Positions 1 through 8,810 of a DNA stretch of 64,000 bases are shown piece by piece (positions within the stretch are counted from its first letter, which is position 1; every line of letters begins with the position of its first letter). A model generated the notes under the pieces. It was not told where the DNA came from and searched no databases. It saw only the letters and a program-made list of their open reading frames with translations. A program made the translations under genes and the position numbers. Source of the DNA: Acidobacteriota bacterium (lineage in GTDB: Bacteria; Acidobacteriota; UBA890; WLXD01). The DNA is taken from contig CAXWPH010000002.1 of assembly GCA_963666055.2 (NCBI GenBank), positions 194,759-258,758 of the forward strand. Direction: 5' to 3'.

Positions 1-1899
1 CGGCGGTTGTCCGTGCTGTCGGCGACTCTCGTTGATCGGGTGAACCTTCAGTACCGCACGTGCCTCGGCTTCGAACGCCGAGAGTATGCGCGCGGTATGA
101 GTGGCGGCCTCGTTGGCGCCGTCGATAGGCTCCACGGTCAGCGGCGGTCCGGTCGGTGCTCCGTCGCCCGGGTCGCTGCCGGTGATTGCGGGCGACAGGT
201 TGGGTCCCTGGGCGACAATCGCCAAGCGGTGCTCGGTCGCCGCTTTGACGCGCAGCCGCACGCCGCGAGTGACGCTCTCCGGTAACCGAATCGCGTCCAG
301 GGCGTCAGCTAGCGCCACTGCCCCGTCGCGTATTCGTCCCGCCCGTCGATCGACCACGTTGCCGTCGTCGTCGACTGTCGACAGGTTGGCGCGCCACGCG
401 ATGTCCCCGGGCAACATCTCGAGGCCAGCGCCGAGCGCCTCGACGGGCCCTCGCTTCAGTGCTCGGGGCGACTGCCCGAATAGGGCCAGGGTTCCGGCCG
501 CGGTGTCCGGTACCACGCCCGGTGCTACCGGATCTGCCAGGCCGAGCGTTCCCTCCTGGGCCAACCGGTCGAGGTTCGGCGTGTTGGCCGCCTGCAGCGG
601 CGTGCGACCCCCGAGCGCACGCACGGCGCGGTCAGCAACACCATCGATGATCAGCAGCAACGTCGCGGTGTCGCCGTGCGACTCAACCCAGTCGGCATGC
701 GCCAGGGCCGGCACCTGTCGTTCGAGCTCGGCGGTCACCAACTGCACCGCGTGGACCTCCGGATTGCCATCACGGGAGGTGTCGAGAAACGGAATGTCGT
801 GTGCCTCGGCCATTTGCATCAAGTGATCATTGATGGCGCGAATGCCGTCGAACGCGTCGAGGTAACGATCGGCGCGGCGCGAACCCGTCGGTGCGCGGGT
901 GAGGATACGAGCGCGGAGTGACTCCTCGTCGGGGGTGCCGAGCATGATGGCGACCTGGTACGCCTCGCCGGCGAGGTCCGCGAACGGCACGATGCCTGGC
1001 AACAGGTGTACGCCCTCTACGATGATGCTGACGTTCTCCTGAATGGCGCGCTCGATGACCGCGCGCGTGCCAACACAGACTCGCCTTGCCTGCTCCTGGT
1101 AGCTCTCGAGCAGCGTGTCGGGGCTGTCGGCGACAGCGTGGTCGGCGGGTACGTTTGCCTCGTGCGTAAACTCGAAGCTCGAGCGGTGTAGCGCCGGCAA
1201 GATCTCGGGTGTGAACACCATACGCATTACCTGCCGGATCGTGTCGGTGGAGGAGACGCGGTAGATACGAAGAAGCGGGGCGAGCTGCAGCGCCAGGCTC
1301 GATTTGCCAGTGCCGCTGGTGCCGCCGATGTAGACGATTACCGGGCGAGGGAGCCGGTTGATGCGTCGGATCGTCCGGTAGCGCAGCTTGGCCTTGACGC
1401 CGGTGTGTTGCTCGAGCAGCACATCGACCCGGCGGGCGACCTCGGTGCTCGGCAAGCTGGCAACGGACTCCTCGCGTAGCTGGGATTCGACTTCGGCGGC
1501 GAGGCGATAGGCGCGCTCGGCAGGCACACCGCTTGCGTAGATCGTTTCGGCCAGGAGCCCCTTCGAGAAGGGATGAGCCTGCCCCTTGCTGATGACCTCC
1601 ATGCGCGGCTCTGCTTCGTCCGGTTCCGCCAGCTTGAAAGTCACCTCAGGCCCCAACCGCTTCGCCAGCGCGGATGCGATCAACTTGCGCAGCTCGTCCT
1701 TGTCGACCTCTTCCCGACCCTTGAGCGTGTCGCGGACGTCGCGCGCCGTTGCGTAGGCCTCCTCGAACTCGACGCCCCGGCGCACCAGGTCGTGGGTCAC
1801 CATGCCGCGCAGGAAACGAGTGCGCGCGCCGGATGCCGACACCACGTGCAGCGATCCGCCTTGTTTCGCTGGTGGTTTTTTACGGGGCGGCTTGGCCAT
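1..1899 (-). CDS. 2-phosphoglycerate kinase-like (ATP-cone repeats + P-loop kinase) fused to a cofactor-independent phosphoglycerate mutase-like (ApgM / alkaline-phosphatase superfamily) domain; 3' end runs off the window
   Basis: Absent from the ORF track because it has no stop in the window. My minus-strand translation from ATG 1899..1897 reads MAKPPRKKPPAKQGGSLHVVSASGARTRFLRGMVTHDL..., then P-loop VIVYIGGTSGTGKSSLALQLA, then LLLIIDGVADRAVRALGGRTPLQAANTPNLDRLAQEGTLGLADPVAPGVVPDTAAGTLALFG...DIAWRANLSTVDDDGNVVDRRAGRI. It stays open to nt 1 (633 codons). Confidence 0.75.
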   Translation of the reverse strand, partial: MAKPPRKKPPAKQGGSLHVVSASGARTRFLRGMVTHDLVRRGVEFEEAYATARDVRDTLKGREEVDKDELRKLIASALAKRLGPEVTFKLAEPDEAEPRMEVISKGQAHPFSKGLLAETIYASGVPAERAYRLAAEVESQLREESVASLPSTEVARRVDVLLEQHTGVKAKLRYRTIRRINRLPRPVIVYIGGTSGTGKSSLALQLAPLLRIYRVSSTDTIRQVMRMVFTPEILPALHRSSFEFTHEANVPADHAVADSPDTLLESYQEQARRVCVGTRAVIERAIQENVSIIVEGVHLLPGIVPFADLAGEAYQVAIMLGTPDEESLRARILTRAPTGSRRADRYLDAFDGIRAINDHLMQMAEAHDIPFLDTSRDGNPEVHAVQLVTAELERQVPALAHADWVESHGDTATLLLIIDGVADRAVRALGGRTPLQAANTPNLDRLAQEGTLGLADPVAPGVVPDTAAGTLALFGQSPRALKRGPVEALGAGLEMLPGDIAWRANLSTVDDDGNVVDRRAGRIRDGAVALADALDAIRLPESVTRGVRLRVKAATEHRLAIVAQGPNLSPAITGSDPGDGAPTGPPLTVEPIDGANEAATHTARILSAFEAEARAVLKVHPINESRRQHGQPP

Positions 1900-2039
1900 G
1901 GACGCGAGTGGGAGGGGGCCGAGGATCAACCGTAGCGGCCCTCGACAGAGTCGGCGTCTCGCTGTGTTTGCGAGCCGCGAACATGCGCCCGGTGAGCGTA
2001 CGTTCGATCACTCCACTGAGCAACACGAGAACGCGCGCC

Positions 2040-2408
2040 TCAGATCGTTGGCGAGGCTCCACTGCGCCCGATCGACCGGAATGCCATCGCAGCGACAATC
2101 AGGCTCCCGAGGATCGCCGTGCCGGCAAGGCCTATGGCGTGTCCTAGATTCGTGTCGGCGGCGTCGATCCAACTTTGGGTGTCGATGTTCATTCCCGCCC
2201 CTCCGGTCCAGCCGAGGATCATGAAGGTGGCGAATATCAGGCTGAGGCAGGTGACGAAGCCCGGCAGGAAACGAGCCCACGGGAACTCGATCGGCGGCGG
2301 CATTTCGGCTTCCTCGCGTACCCTCTCCATCACTCGAGCGGTGAACCCGTTGGTAGGGCGCACCACCGGTTCGTTCGTGAGGATGCGGTCCAAGTCGTCC
2401 ATGTTCAT
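2040..2408 (-). CDS. putative anti-sigma factor / small membrane protein coupled to the ECF sigma gene
   Basis: ORF track 2040..2438. The likely start is MNMDDLDRIL at 2408, which makes an ATGA overlap with the sigma stop (TGA 2407..2405). The C-terminal half is hydrophobic (FLPGFVTCLSLIFATFMILGW, GLAGTAILGSLIVAAMAF). Confidence 0.6.
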   Translation of the reverse strand: MNMDDLDRILTNEPVVRPTNGFTARVMERVREEAEMPPPIEFPWARFLPGFVTCLSLIFATFMILGWTGGAGMNIDTQSWIDAADTNLGHAIGLAGTAILGSLIVAAMAFRSIGRSGASPTI

Positions 2409-3028
2409 GCCTCCTCGGTTGCCAGCGACGGCCGGCACATCATGCCGGCGAGCTTGTCTTGCAACAACTTGCGGCCGCGAAACAGCCGCGCCTTCACCGT
2501 GCCCTCGCGCAGACGGGAAGTGCGTGCTGTCTCGGCCAGATCCATCTCATGAAAGTAGTAGAGGACGATCACGTCGCGATACTTCGGGGGCAAGGTCGCC
2601 ACGGCGCGCCGCACTACGTCGGCGCGCAGGTCACTGTCCAACTCGACGCTGCGATCCCCAGCGATCAACAAGTCGAGCCCGTCGAGCTCCACGGCCGGCG
2701 GCAACCGCCGACGCATCGCGCTACGGTACTGATTGAGCGCTACCGAGAACATCCAGGTCGAGAACCGTCCTTCTCGCCGCCACTGTGGCAGGCCTCCGAA
2801 GATCTTTAGAAACGCCTCCTGCGCCAGCTCCTCTGCCTCTCCCTGATCCCGGCAGAAGCGATACGCCATGTTGACAAGAGGCTCCTGCCAACGCGTGACG
2901 ATACCCTCGAAAGCATCGGTGTCGCCGGCGAGTACCCGTCGTACGGCGCTTGCGTCGTCGTCGTATCGTTCTGCGCTGCCCGCCATGTGTCTATCCCAGT
3001 GGACTGCCGTCGCGCTCGCCAGACCCAT
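2405..3028 (-). CDS. ECF-type RNA polymerase sigma-70 factor
   Basis: Region 2-like EAEELAQEAFLKIFGGL and FSTWMFSVALNQYRS. Region 4 HTH LPPKYRDVIVLYYFHEMDLAETARTSRLREGTVKARLFRGRKLL. A GGAGAGG Shine-Dalgarno lies 8 nt upstream of the 3028 start; an alternative start is at 2986. Confidence 0.9.
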   Translation of the reverse strand: MGLASATAVHWDRHMAGSAERYDDDASAVRRVLAGDTDAFEGIVTRWQEPLVNMAYRFCRDQGEAEELAQEAFLKIFGGLPQWRREGRFSTWMFSVALNQYRSAMRRRLPPAVELDGLDLLIAGDRSVELDSDLRADVVRRAVATLPPKYRDVIVLYYFHEMDLAETARTSRLREGTVKARLFRGRKLLQDKLAGMMCRPSLATEEA

Positions 3029-3063
3029 GGTGGTGACCTCTCCTCGCCGGATACCGGATCGAT

Positions 3064-3504
3064 CTATTCGTCACCGGGTCGGGGGAAGGCACCTACCCGC
3101 GGCGCCGGCAGCGCCAGCTTCGGTGCGGGCAGTAGCGCGTACGCCAGCATCGCCAGTCCGATAAACAGCGGAATGCTGCCGACCATCCACAGGTCTGGGT
3201 CGTCGATGAACCGCAGCCCGAAGATAAGCCCCACGCCGGCGCCCGAGAGGATGAAGCCTGTCGCCATCATGCCCTGACGGCGTCGATGTTGTTCGGCCTC
3301 GTACTCGTATCGCACCAGATCTTGAACCTGCTGGGCGTTCATTTCGCCAGCGTCGACAAGCTTCTTGCGAAACTCGTAGCGATAGTACGCCTCGCGCTCC
3401 TTGCGGCGCTGCTCGGCCCAGCCAACGACCGCCAGGAAACTGAATAGGGAGATCGCGCCGACGATCGGGATCATGAAGATCAGAGCTTGTGGGAACCAAT
3501 TCAT
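3064..3504 (-). CDS. hypothetical membrane protein (first gene of the sigma operon)
   Basis: 146 aa. N-terminal TM (ALIFMIPIVGAISLFSFLAVVGW), a charged central helix, and two C-terminal TM segments. Same strand as the sigma gene and 35 nt upstream of it. No family recognised. Confidence 0.55.
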   Translation of the reverse strand: MNWFPQALIFMIPIVGAISLFSFLAVVGWAEQRRKEREAYYRYEFRKKLVDAGEMNAQQVQDLVRYEYEAEQHRRRQGMMATGFILSGAGVGLIFGLRFIDDPDLWMVGSIPLFIGLAMLAYALLPAPKLALPAPRVGAFPRPGDE

Positions 3505-3699
3505 CGTTCATTTCTCCTGTGCGGCGTCGCCATATGGTGCGTCGGAAACTCTCGTAATCTCATACTGTTTGACGACGCTGCGGCCGCGATTGGTTGCATT
3601 ATCTGACTCGTCCGTTCACCCTCGCGGCGCGGCGCCAACGGTATGCGGGTGGCGGTGAACCCACCCCCGACGGCGCCCGACCCAATCTCGAGGTGGACG

Positions 3700-5004
3700 A
3701 TGAGCGCGGAGCCCAACGACGCTGAACATGGTCTGGTTCGTGCGATGGGCCGCTGGGACCTCACCGCGATGGGCGTCAACCAGGTCATCGGTAGCGGCAT
3801 CTTCGTGCTTCCGGCGTCGATCGCGCTGCTCATGGGCGTGCCCTCGAGCCCGTGGCCGTTTGTGCTTGCCGGGGTTGCCAACACGCTGATCGTGCTGTGC
3901 TTCGCAGAAGCATCGACGCGATTTCGCAGTGCCGGCGGACCCTACCTGTACGCGCGCGAGGCGTTTGGTTCGTTCGCCGGTTTCGAGGTTGCCTGGATGC
4001 TCTGGCTTACGCGGCTGGCCTCGCTGGCGGCGCTCGCCAACGCGCTGGCTCTCTATTTGGCCTACTTTTTCCCTGGCGCCTCGAGCGGCGGCGGCCGGAT
4101 CGCGGTGGTCACGGTGACCATCGGCGGGCTGGCGCTGATCAATTTCTTCGGGGTGCGCTACGGGTCATGGGCGGTGAATCTCTTCACCGTGAGCAAGCTC
4201 GTACCGCTGCTGGGCTTCGTGCTCGTCGGCGCGTTTTTCGTCGACCCCAGCCGGTTCTCCGGTTTCTCGGTGGCGATCACGCCGGGCACAGGCGAAGCAG
4301 TCTTGCTGCTGATGTTCGCCTTTGGAGGCTACGAGTTATCGACCTTGCCGGCTGGCGAAGCGCGAAAACCGAGGCGTGATGTGCCGTTCGCAATGCTCAC
4401 CACGATTACAGTCGTTTTCGCCATCTTCCTGGCCGTGCAACTGGTTACCGTGGGAACGCTTGCCGACGTTGCTACATCGGGGACACCGCTGGCGGATGCT
4501 GCTGCCAGTTTTCTCGGGCCCGCTGCCGGGGTGCTGCTGGCGATCGGCGGGGTGATCTCGATCGCCGGGTCGAACGCCGGCACGATGTTGGCGGGGCCAC
4601 GGGTAACGTATGCGATGGCCGACCGCGGCCAGCTCCCACGGTTCCTGGCCCATATTCATGCGCGTTACCGGACGCCCGATGCCTCCATATGGCTGTATGC
4701 CGGGGTTGCCTGGGCACTGGCCGCGTCCGGGTCGTTCGAGCAGATGGCCAAGGTCAGCGCCGTAGCGCGCCTGATCTTTTACGTGGCCACTTGCGCCTCG
4801 GTACCGGTTCTGCGCCGCCAGGGCGGCGATGTCGACGGTTTCCGTCTTCCGGGTGGTGCGCTGGTGCCGGTGCTGGCGGTGTTGACGTCGATCGCCATCA
4901 TCTTCGGCGCGGATCGCATCTCGCTGGCTGCGGGAGCTGGCGCGTTGGTGGTGGGCGCGCTGCTGTATGCAGCGTATGGCCGCGCAGGGTCGCCAGGCGT
5001 GTAG
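3700..5004 (+). CDS. APC-family amino acid permease
   Basis: ORF track 3643..5004. About 12 hydrophobic segments and the N-terminal signature LTAMGVNQVIGSGIFVLPASIA. I prefer ATG 3700 (MSAEPND), which is preceded by GAGGTGG; 3643 remains possible. Confidence 0.88.
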   Translation: MSAEPNDAEHGLVRAMGRWDLTAMGVNQVIGSGIFVLPASIALLMGVPSSPWPFVLAGVANTLIVLCFAEASTRFRSAGGPYLYAREAFGSFAGFEVAWMLWLTRLASLAALANALALYLAYFFPGASSGGGRIAVVTVTIGGLALINFFGVRYGSWAVNLFTVSKLVPLLGFVLVGAFFVDPSRFSGFSVAITPGTGEAVLLLMFAFGGYELSTLPAGEARKPRRDVPFAMLTTITVVFAIFLAVQLVTVGTLADVATSGTPLADAAASFLGPAAGVLLAIGGVISIAGSNAGTMLAGPRVTYAMADRGQLPRFLAHIHARYRTPDASIWLYAGVAWALAASGSFEQMAKVSAVARLIFYVATCASVPVLRRQGGDVDGFRLPGGALVPVLAVLTSIAIIFGADRISLAAGAGALVVGALLYAAYGRAGSPGV

Positions 5005-5036
5005 CGCGAGTGTCACCTAATCTTCCGGCAAGGACG

Positions 5037-6698
5037 CTAGAGATCAACGCGTCGCCGGTGCCGTAGCACTGTGCCGGGCCGGCCCGGAAGGCGCGTTCCG
5101 TCGCGGACGACCAGCGTCCCGTTAACCAGCACCGCGTGAATACCTGCCGGCTTGCGGTCTGGCTCCATCCAGGTGCCGCGCTCGCCGATCTGTGCGGGCT
5201 CGAACAACACGATGTCCGCCGCGTAGCCCGGCGCCAACCGGCCACGATCGGTCAGTCGCAAGCGCTCAGCAGGCAGCGAAGTTGCCTTTCTGATGCCTTC
5301 CGACAGATCGAACCAACCTTCATCACGGGAGTAGTGCCCCAGCACCCGAGGGATGGCGCCATAACCACCGGGGTGCACCACACCCTCCCCCTTGAGGATC
5401 ACGTCCACTCCCACGGCGTGATGCGGGTGGGCCAAGAGCTGACGCAGCACATCGTCATCGTCGGGGGTGCCGCTGATTCCATGGTAGCGGGCCATCACAT
5501 CGCCGCCGGAGGCAGCGGTGATCTCGGCAGCGCAATCAAACGGCGTCGACTGCCTGCGTCGGGCGATGTCGCTCAAGCTGCGTCCGAGCCAGTTCCTATG
5601 GGAGTCGGACGAGGCCTGCAAGAGCACGATATTGTCCCAGCCTGCGGCGCCCACCAGGTTGTGCGCCCAGCCATCGTCCCAGGGCGGCCAGCTGGGCACA
5701 CGCGTATCGATGTCGTGGGCGACGCGGCGGCGGTACGCACCGCTGCTCAGCCTCTCGCATAGCTTCGGAACACCGTCGGCCAGCGCCCAAGGCGGATAGA
5801 TCGCCATCAACGTAGTGTTGATGGCGTGGTAGGGGATCACATCAGAGGCCACGTCGATGCCGTCTCGTCGCGCCGCATCTTCGAGCCGTATGGTCTCGCG
5901 GGTCAGATGCCAGTGGTCTGGTCCGAACGTCTCATGGTGAGAGTGCTGCAGCCGCACTCCAGTGCGTCGGCCGATCTCCAGAAGCTCGCGCTCGGCCTCG
6001 ACTGCGAGCTCGCTGGAGCCGCGCACATGACAGCCGAACAGGCCGTCGACGGCAGCCACCGGTGCGCACAGCGCCACGATCTCGTCGGTGTCCGCCCACA
6101 TGCCGGGAGGGTAGATGAGGCCGGCGCTCAGCCCGAAGGCACCCGCATCGAGGGCTTCCTGAACCAGAGCCGACATTGCTGCGAGCTCGTTGTCGCGCGC
6201 CACCCCCGACTCGCCGCCCTTCACCGCACAGCGGATGGCGCCGTGGGCCGCCAGCGCCGCGACGTTCAGTGGGGGGCCAACGGTCTCGAGGCAATGTAGA
6301 TACTCGGCGAAGCTCTCCCAGGCGAGCTCGGTTCCGCGTGGAACGATGAGCGTCATGAACGCCGCTAGGGCATCACGGTGGGCCGCGGTTACCGGCGCCA
6401 CGCCGAGCCCGCAGTTGCCGATTACCTGGGTGGTGATTCCCTGCTGGAGGAACGGACCGAGTAGGTCCGGCGCTTCCGGGTGAGTCAGGGCTGCGTCGGA
6501 ATGGCCGTGGATGTCGACAAATCCTGGGCACGCGGCCAGGCCATCGGCGTCGAGCGCCGCCGCCGCCGGAGCGCTACCCGGTGGGCGGAGCGCAGCGATG
6601 CGTCCTGATTCGATGACGATGTCGCCACGGCGAGGCGGACCACCCGACCCATCGTAGATGACCGCGTTGCGGATCGCTCGAACGTCGGTCGACGTCAT
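5037..6698 (-). CDS. D-aminoacylase / N-acyl-D-amino-acid deacylase (amidohydrolase superfamily)
   Basis: VIYDGSGGPPRRGDIVIESGRIAAL, metal motif PGFVDIHGHSD, then ...GLIYPPG..., HPGGYGAIPRVLG, and C-terminal GYAADIVLFEP...VLVNGTLVV. Confidence 0.85.
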   Translation of the reverse strand: MTSTDVRAIRNAVIYDGSGGPPRRGDIVIESGRIAALRPPGSAPAAAALDADGLAACPGFVDIHGHSDAALTHPEAPDLLGPFLQQGITTQVIGNCGLGVAPVTAAHRDALAAFMTLIVPRGTELAWESFAEYLHCLETVGPPLNVAALAAHGAIRCAVKGGESGVARDNELAAMSALVQEALDAGAFGLSAGLIYPPGMWADTDEIVALCAPVAAVDGLFGCHVRGSSELAVEAERELLEIGRRTGVRLQHSHHETFGPDHWHLTRETIRLEDAARRDGIDVASDVIPYHAINTTLMAIYPPWALADGVPKLCERLSSGAYRRRVAHDIDTRVPSWPPWDDGWAHNLVGAAGWDNIVLLQASSDSHRNWLGRSLSDIARRRQSTPFDCAAEITAASGGDVMARYHGISGTPDDDDVLRQLLAHPHHAVGVDVILKGEGVVHPGGYGAIPRVLGHYSRDEGWFDLSEGIRKATSLPAERLRLTDRGRLAPGYAADIVLFEPAQIGERGTWMEPDRKPAGIHAVLVNGTLVVRDGTRLPGRPGTVLRHRRRVDL

Positions 6699-6769
6699 CG
6701 CCTACTCCAGGGCGCTTGCCGGGCGCCGCACGGGCGCGTTTCTCCCACTCCGGACACAACTAACCTGCC

Positions 6770-6960
6770 CATGGTATAAGCGTAGACAGTTCGACCTTGT
6801 GTCGGGAAGCGGGTGCGAATCCCGCGCTGCCGCGCAACTGTGATCGGGGACGAAAGCCGCCCGAGGAGCGGCCGCATCGTGCGGTCGGCTCCGGAATGCC
6901 ACTGGTAGCACCGGGAAGGTGGCGGCGAGTAGGACGATCCGAGAGCCAGGAAACCGAACC
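6770..6960 (+). promoter_or_regulatory. cobalamin (B12) riboswitch
   Basis: Core GGGAAGCGGGTGCGAATCCCGCGCTGCCGCGCAACTGTGA (about 6814..6843) and B12 box GCCACTG (6898..6904) followed by GGGAAGG. It sits directly upstream of a btuD/C/F-like operon. A GC hairpin (CCGGCC ACC GGCCGG, about 6959..6973) and the RBS GGGAAGGGA lie just before ATG 6997. Confidence 0.85.
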
Positions 6961-6996
6961 GGCCACCGGCCGGCCCTCGCGGGAAGGGATGCCACG

Positions 6997-7791
6997 ATGG
7001 CGCAGGCACGTCCGTCTAGACCGGCAGCGGACCTCGCCGCGAGCCGACCCGGCGTATCGCTGCGTGCCGACGGTATCGTCTTCGGCTTCGACGGCCCGCT
7101 ACTGCGCGGCGTCGATCTCCGGGTCTCCGGCGGCGAGTGCATCGCACTGCTCGGCGCCAACGGTGCCGGAAAGACTACCTTACTGCGGCTTCTGGGCGGG
7201 CTGATCGAGCCACACGCTGGCCAGGTCGAGGTCGACGGCATCGCGTCTCCGCGTCTGTCGCACGAGCAACGCGCCCAGCGCATCGGCTACTTGCCGCAGC
7301 GTATCCCGGTGGCGACCGGATTCGCTGTCTACGAGATGGTGCTGATGGGGATGTACGCTCTGCTGCCAGCGCGCGGCTGGGAGAGCCAGCGCGAGTGGCT
7401 GTCGGTGGGACGTGCGCTGCATCGCGTGGGGGCGCGACGCCTGATGCGGCGTCCGTTCGACGAGCTTAGCGGCGGCGAGCAACGCCGCGTGCTGCTTGCC
7501 CGCGCCCTGGTGGCGCGACCGGGCCTGTTGCTGCTCGACGAGCCGCTCGCTGCCCTCGATCCGGGATTCGTCCTCGAGCTGACTGCGACGCTCGCTACCC
7601 TGAAGTCGTCGGGCGTGGGCATGGTGATCTCCACTCATCGGCTCTCGCTGGTGCGTCAGCTCGCCGACCGGGTGGTTGTGCTTCGTCGCGGTGAGGTCTT
7701 GGCGGCGGGGACGCCGAGTGCGACTCTGAGCCCCGTCTTGCTCGACGAAGCGTATTGCACGGATGCGTTTTCCCGTGCCGATGCCGGATGA
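6997..7791 (+). CDS. ABC transporter ATP-binding protein, cobalamin/Fe3+-siderophore (BtuD/FecE) type
   Basis: ORF track 6919..7791; the first 26 codons overlap the riboswitch, so I start at MAQARPS (6997). Walker A GANGAGKTTLL, signature LSGGEQRRVLLARAL, Walker B LLLLDEP. Confidence 0.9.
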   Translation: MAQARPSRPAADLAASRPGVSLRADGIVFGFDGPLLRGVDLRVSGGECIALLGANGAGKTTLLRLLGGLIEPHAGQVEVDGIASPRLSHEQRAQRIGYLPQRIPVATGFAVYEMVLMGMYALLPARGWESQREWLSVGRALHRVGARRLMRRPFDELSGGEQRRVLLARALVARPGLLLLDEPLAALDPGFVLELTATLATLKSSGVGMVISTHRLSLVRQLADRVVVLRRGEVLAAGTPSATLSPVLLDEAYCTDAFSRADAG

Positions 7792-8810
7792 GTCGTCGCG
7801 CATTGTTGCCACGACGTCGACGCTCGATGCTATTGGTGGGCAGTGGAGCGGCGTTGGCGATTGCCCTGTTGCTCGCCCCGACGGTGGGTTCCACGTCGGT
7901 GAGCATGCAGCGCGTATGGGCCGATCCGTTCAGCTGGGCCGACAACCCCGATGCGGCGGTGTTCTTCGTGGCACGACTGCCACGAGTACTACTGGCGTGC
8001 ATGGTTGGAGGAACGCTGGCTCTCGCTGGAGCAACGTTCCAGTCGCTGCTACGCAACCCGCTTGCCAGCCCCTACACACTCGGTGTTACTGCCGGCGCGA
8101 CGCTGGCGGCATTCCTGGCCATCCGCTTTTCTCCAAGGCCCTCGTTGGCGGAGTTCTCAGTGCCGCTGCTGGCGCTGGCGGGCGCCCTGGCAACCACCGG
8201 ACTGTTGCTGTTGCTGACGTCGCGCCGTAGCGATCTGCCGCCGACCGTGCTGTTGCTCGCCGGTGTGACGCTCAACTTTACGATCAGCGCCGGTGTTCTG
8301 TTGTTGCAGTACTTCTCGGATCACGCCGAGACGGCGCGCATGATCCGCTACCTGATGGGAGATCTGGACGCTGCCACGTACCGCATGCTGTTGCTGCTGG
8401 CGGTGGTGAGCCTGCCGGGTTGGTTAGCGTTGCTACGTGCCGGTCGCACGCTGAATCTTCTGAGCCTCGGTCCCGACGAGGCGCGTGCGCAGGGAATCAA
8501 TGCCGCGGCGGCGACGCGCAAGGGCTTGCTGTGGGCATCTTGGGTCACCGGTTTGGCGGTGGCCGTGGCGGGGCCGGTGGGCTTCGTCGGGATCCTCGTG
8601 CCGCACGCCGTGAGGCTGCTCGGAGGGTACGACTATCGCATTGTGTTGCCGGCATCGATGCTCGGCGGCGCGGCGTTTCTGATCGCCTGCGACACTGCCG
8701 CACGCCTGCTACTGGCGCCGGTGGAGCTGCCCGTGGGCATTCTCACTGCGTCCCTCGGTGGCCCCTTCTTTCTCATGCTGCTGCTGAGCCGGCGGATTCG
8801 CCATGCGTAG
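7788..8810 (+). CDS. FecCD/BtuC-family ABC permease
   Basis: ATGA overlap with the ATPase stop (start MSRRALLPRRRRS). About 9-10 TM segments. Family-typical motifs LRNPLASPYTLGVTAGA, GPVGFVGILVPH and GILTASLGGPFFL. Confidence 0.9.
   Translation: MSRRALLPRRRRSMLLVGSGAALAIALLLAPTVGSTSVSMQRVWADPFSWADNPDAAVFFVARLPRVLLACMVGGTLALAGATFQSLLRNPLASPYTLGVTAGATLAAFLAIRFSPRPSLAEFSVPLLALAGALATTGLLLLLTSRRSDLPPTVLLLAGVTLNFTISAGVLLLQYFSDHAETARMIRYLMGDLDAATYRMLLLLAVVSLPGWLALLRAGRTLNLLSLGPDEARAQGINAAAATRKGLLWASWVTGLAVAVAGPVGFVGILVPHAVRLLGGYDYRIVLPASMLGGAAFLIACDTAARLLLAPVELPVGILTASLGGPFFLMLLLSRRIRHA

Noticed and set aside
101-826. 241-aa plus-strand ORF and its neighbours (459..650, 676..921, 1573..2224) at the left edge
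   Set aside because: They are antisense shadows of the long minus-strand 2-PGK/iPGM gene. Their composition is Ala/Arg/Pro/Ser-rich and low-complexity with no motifs, whereas the minus-strand frame is open for 633 codons with clear P-loop and ApgM signatures.
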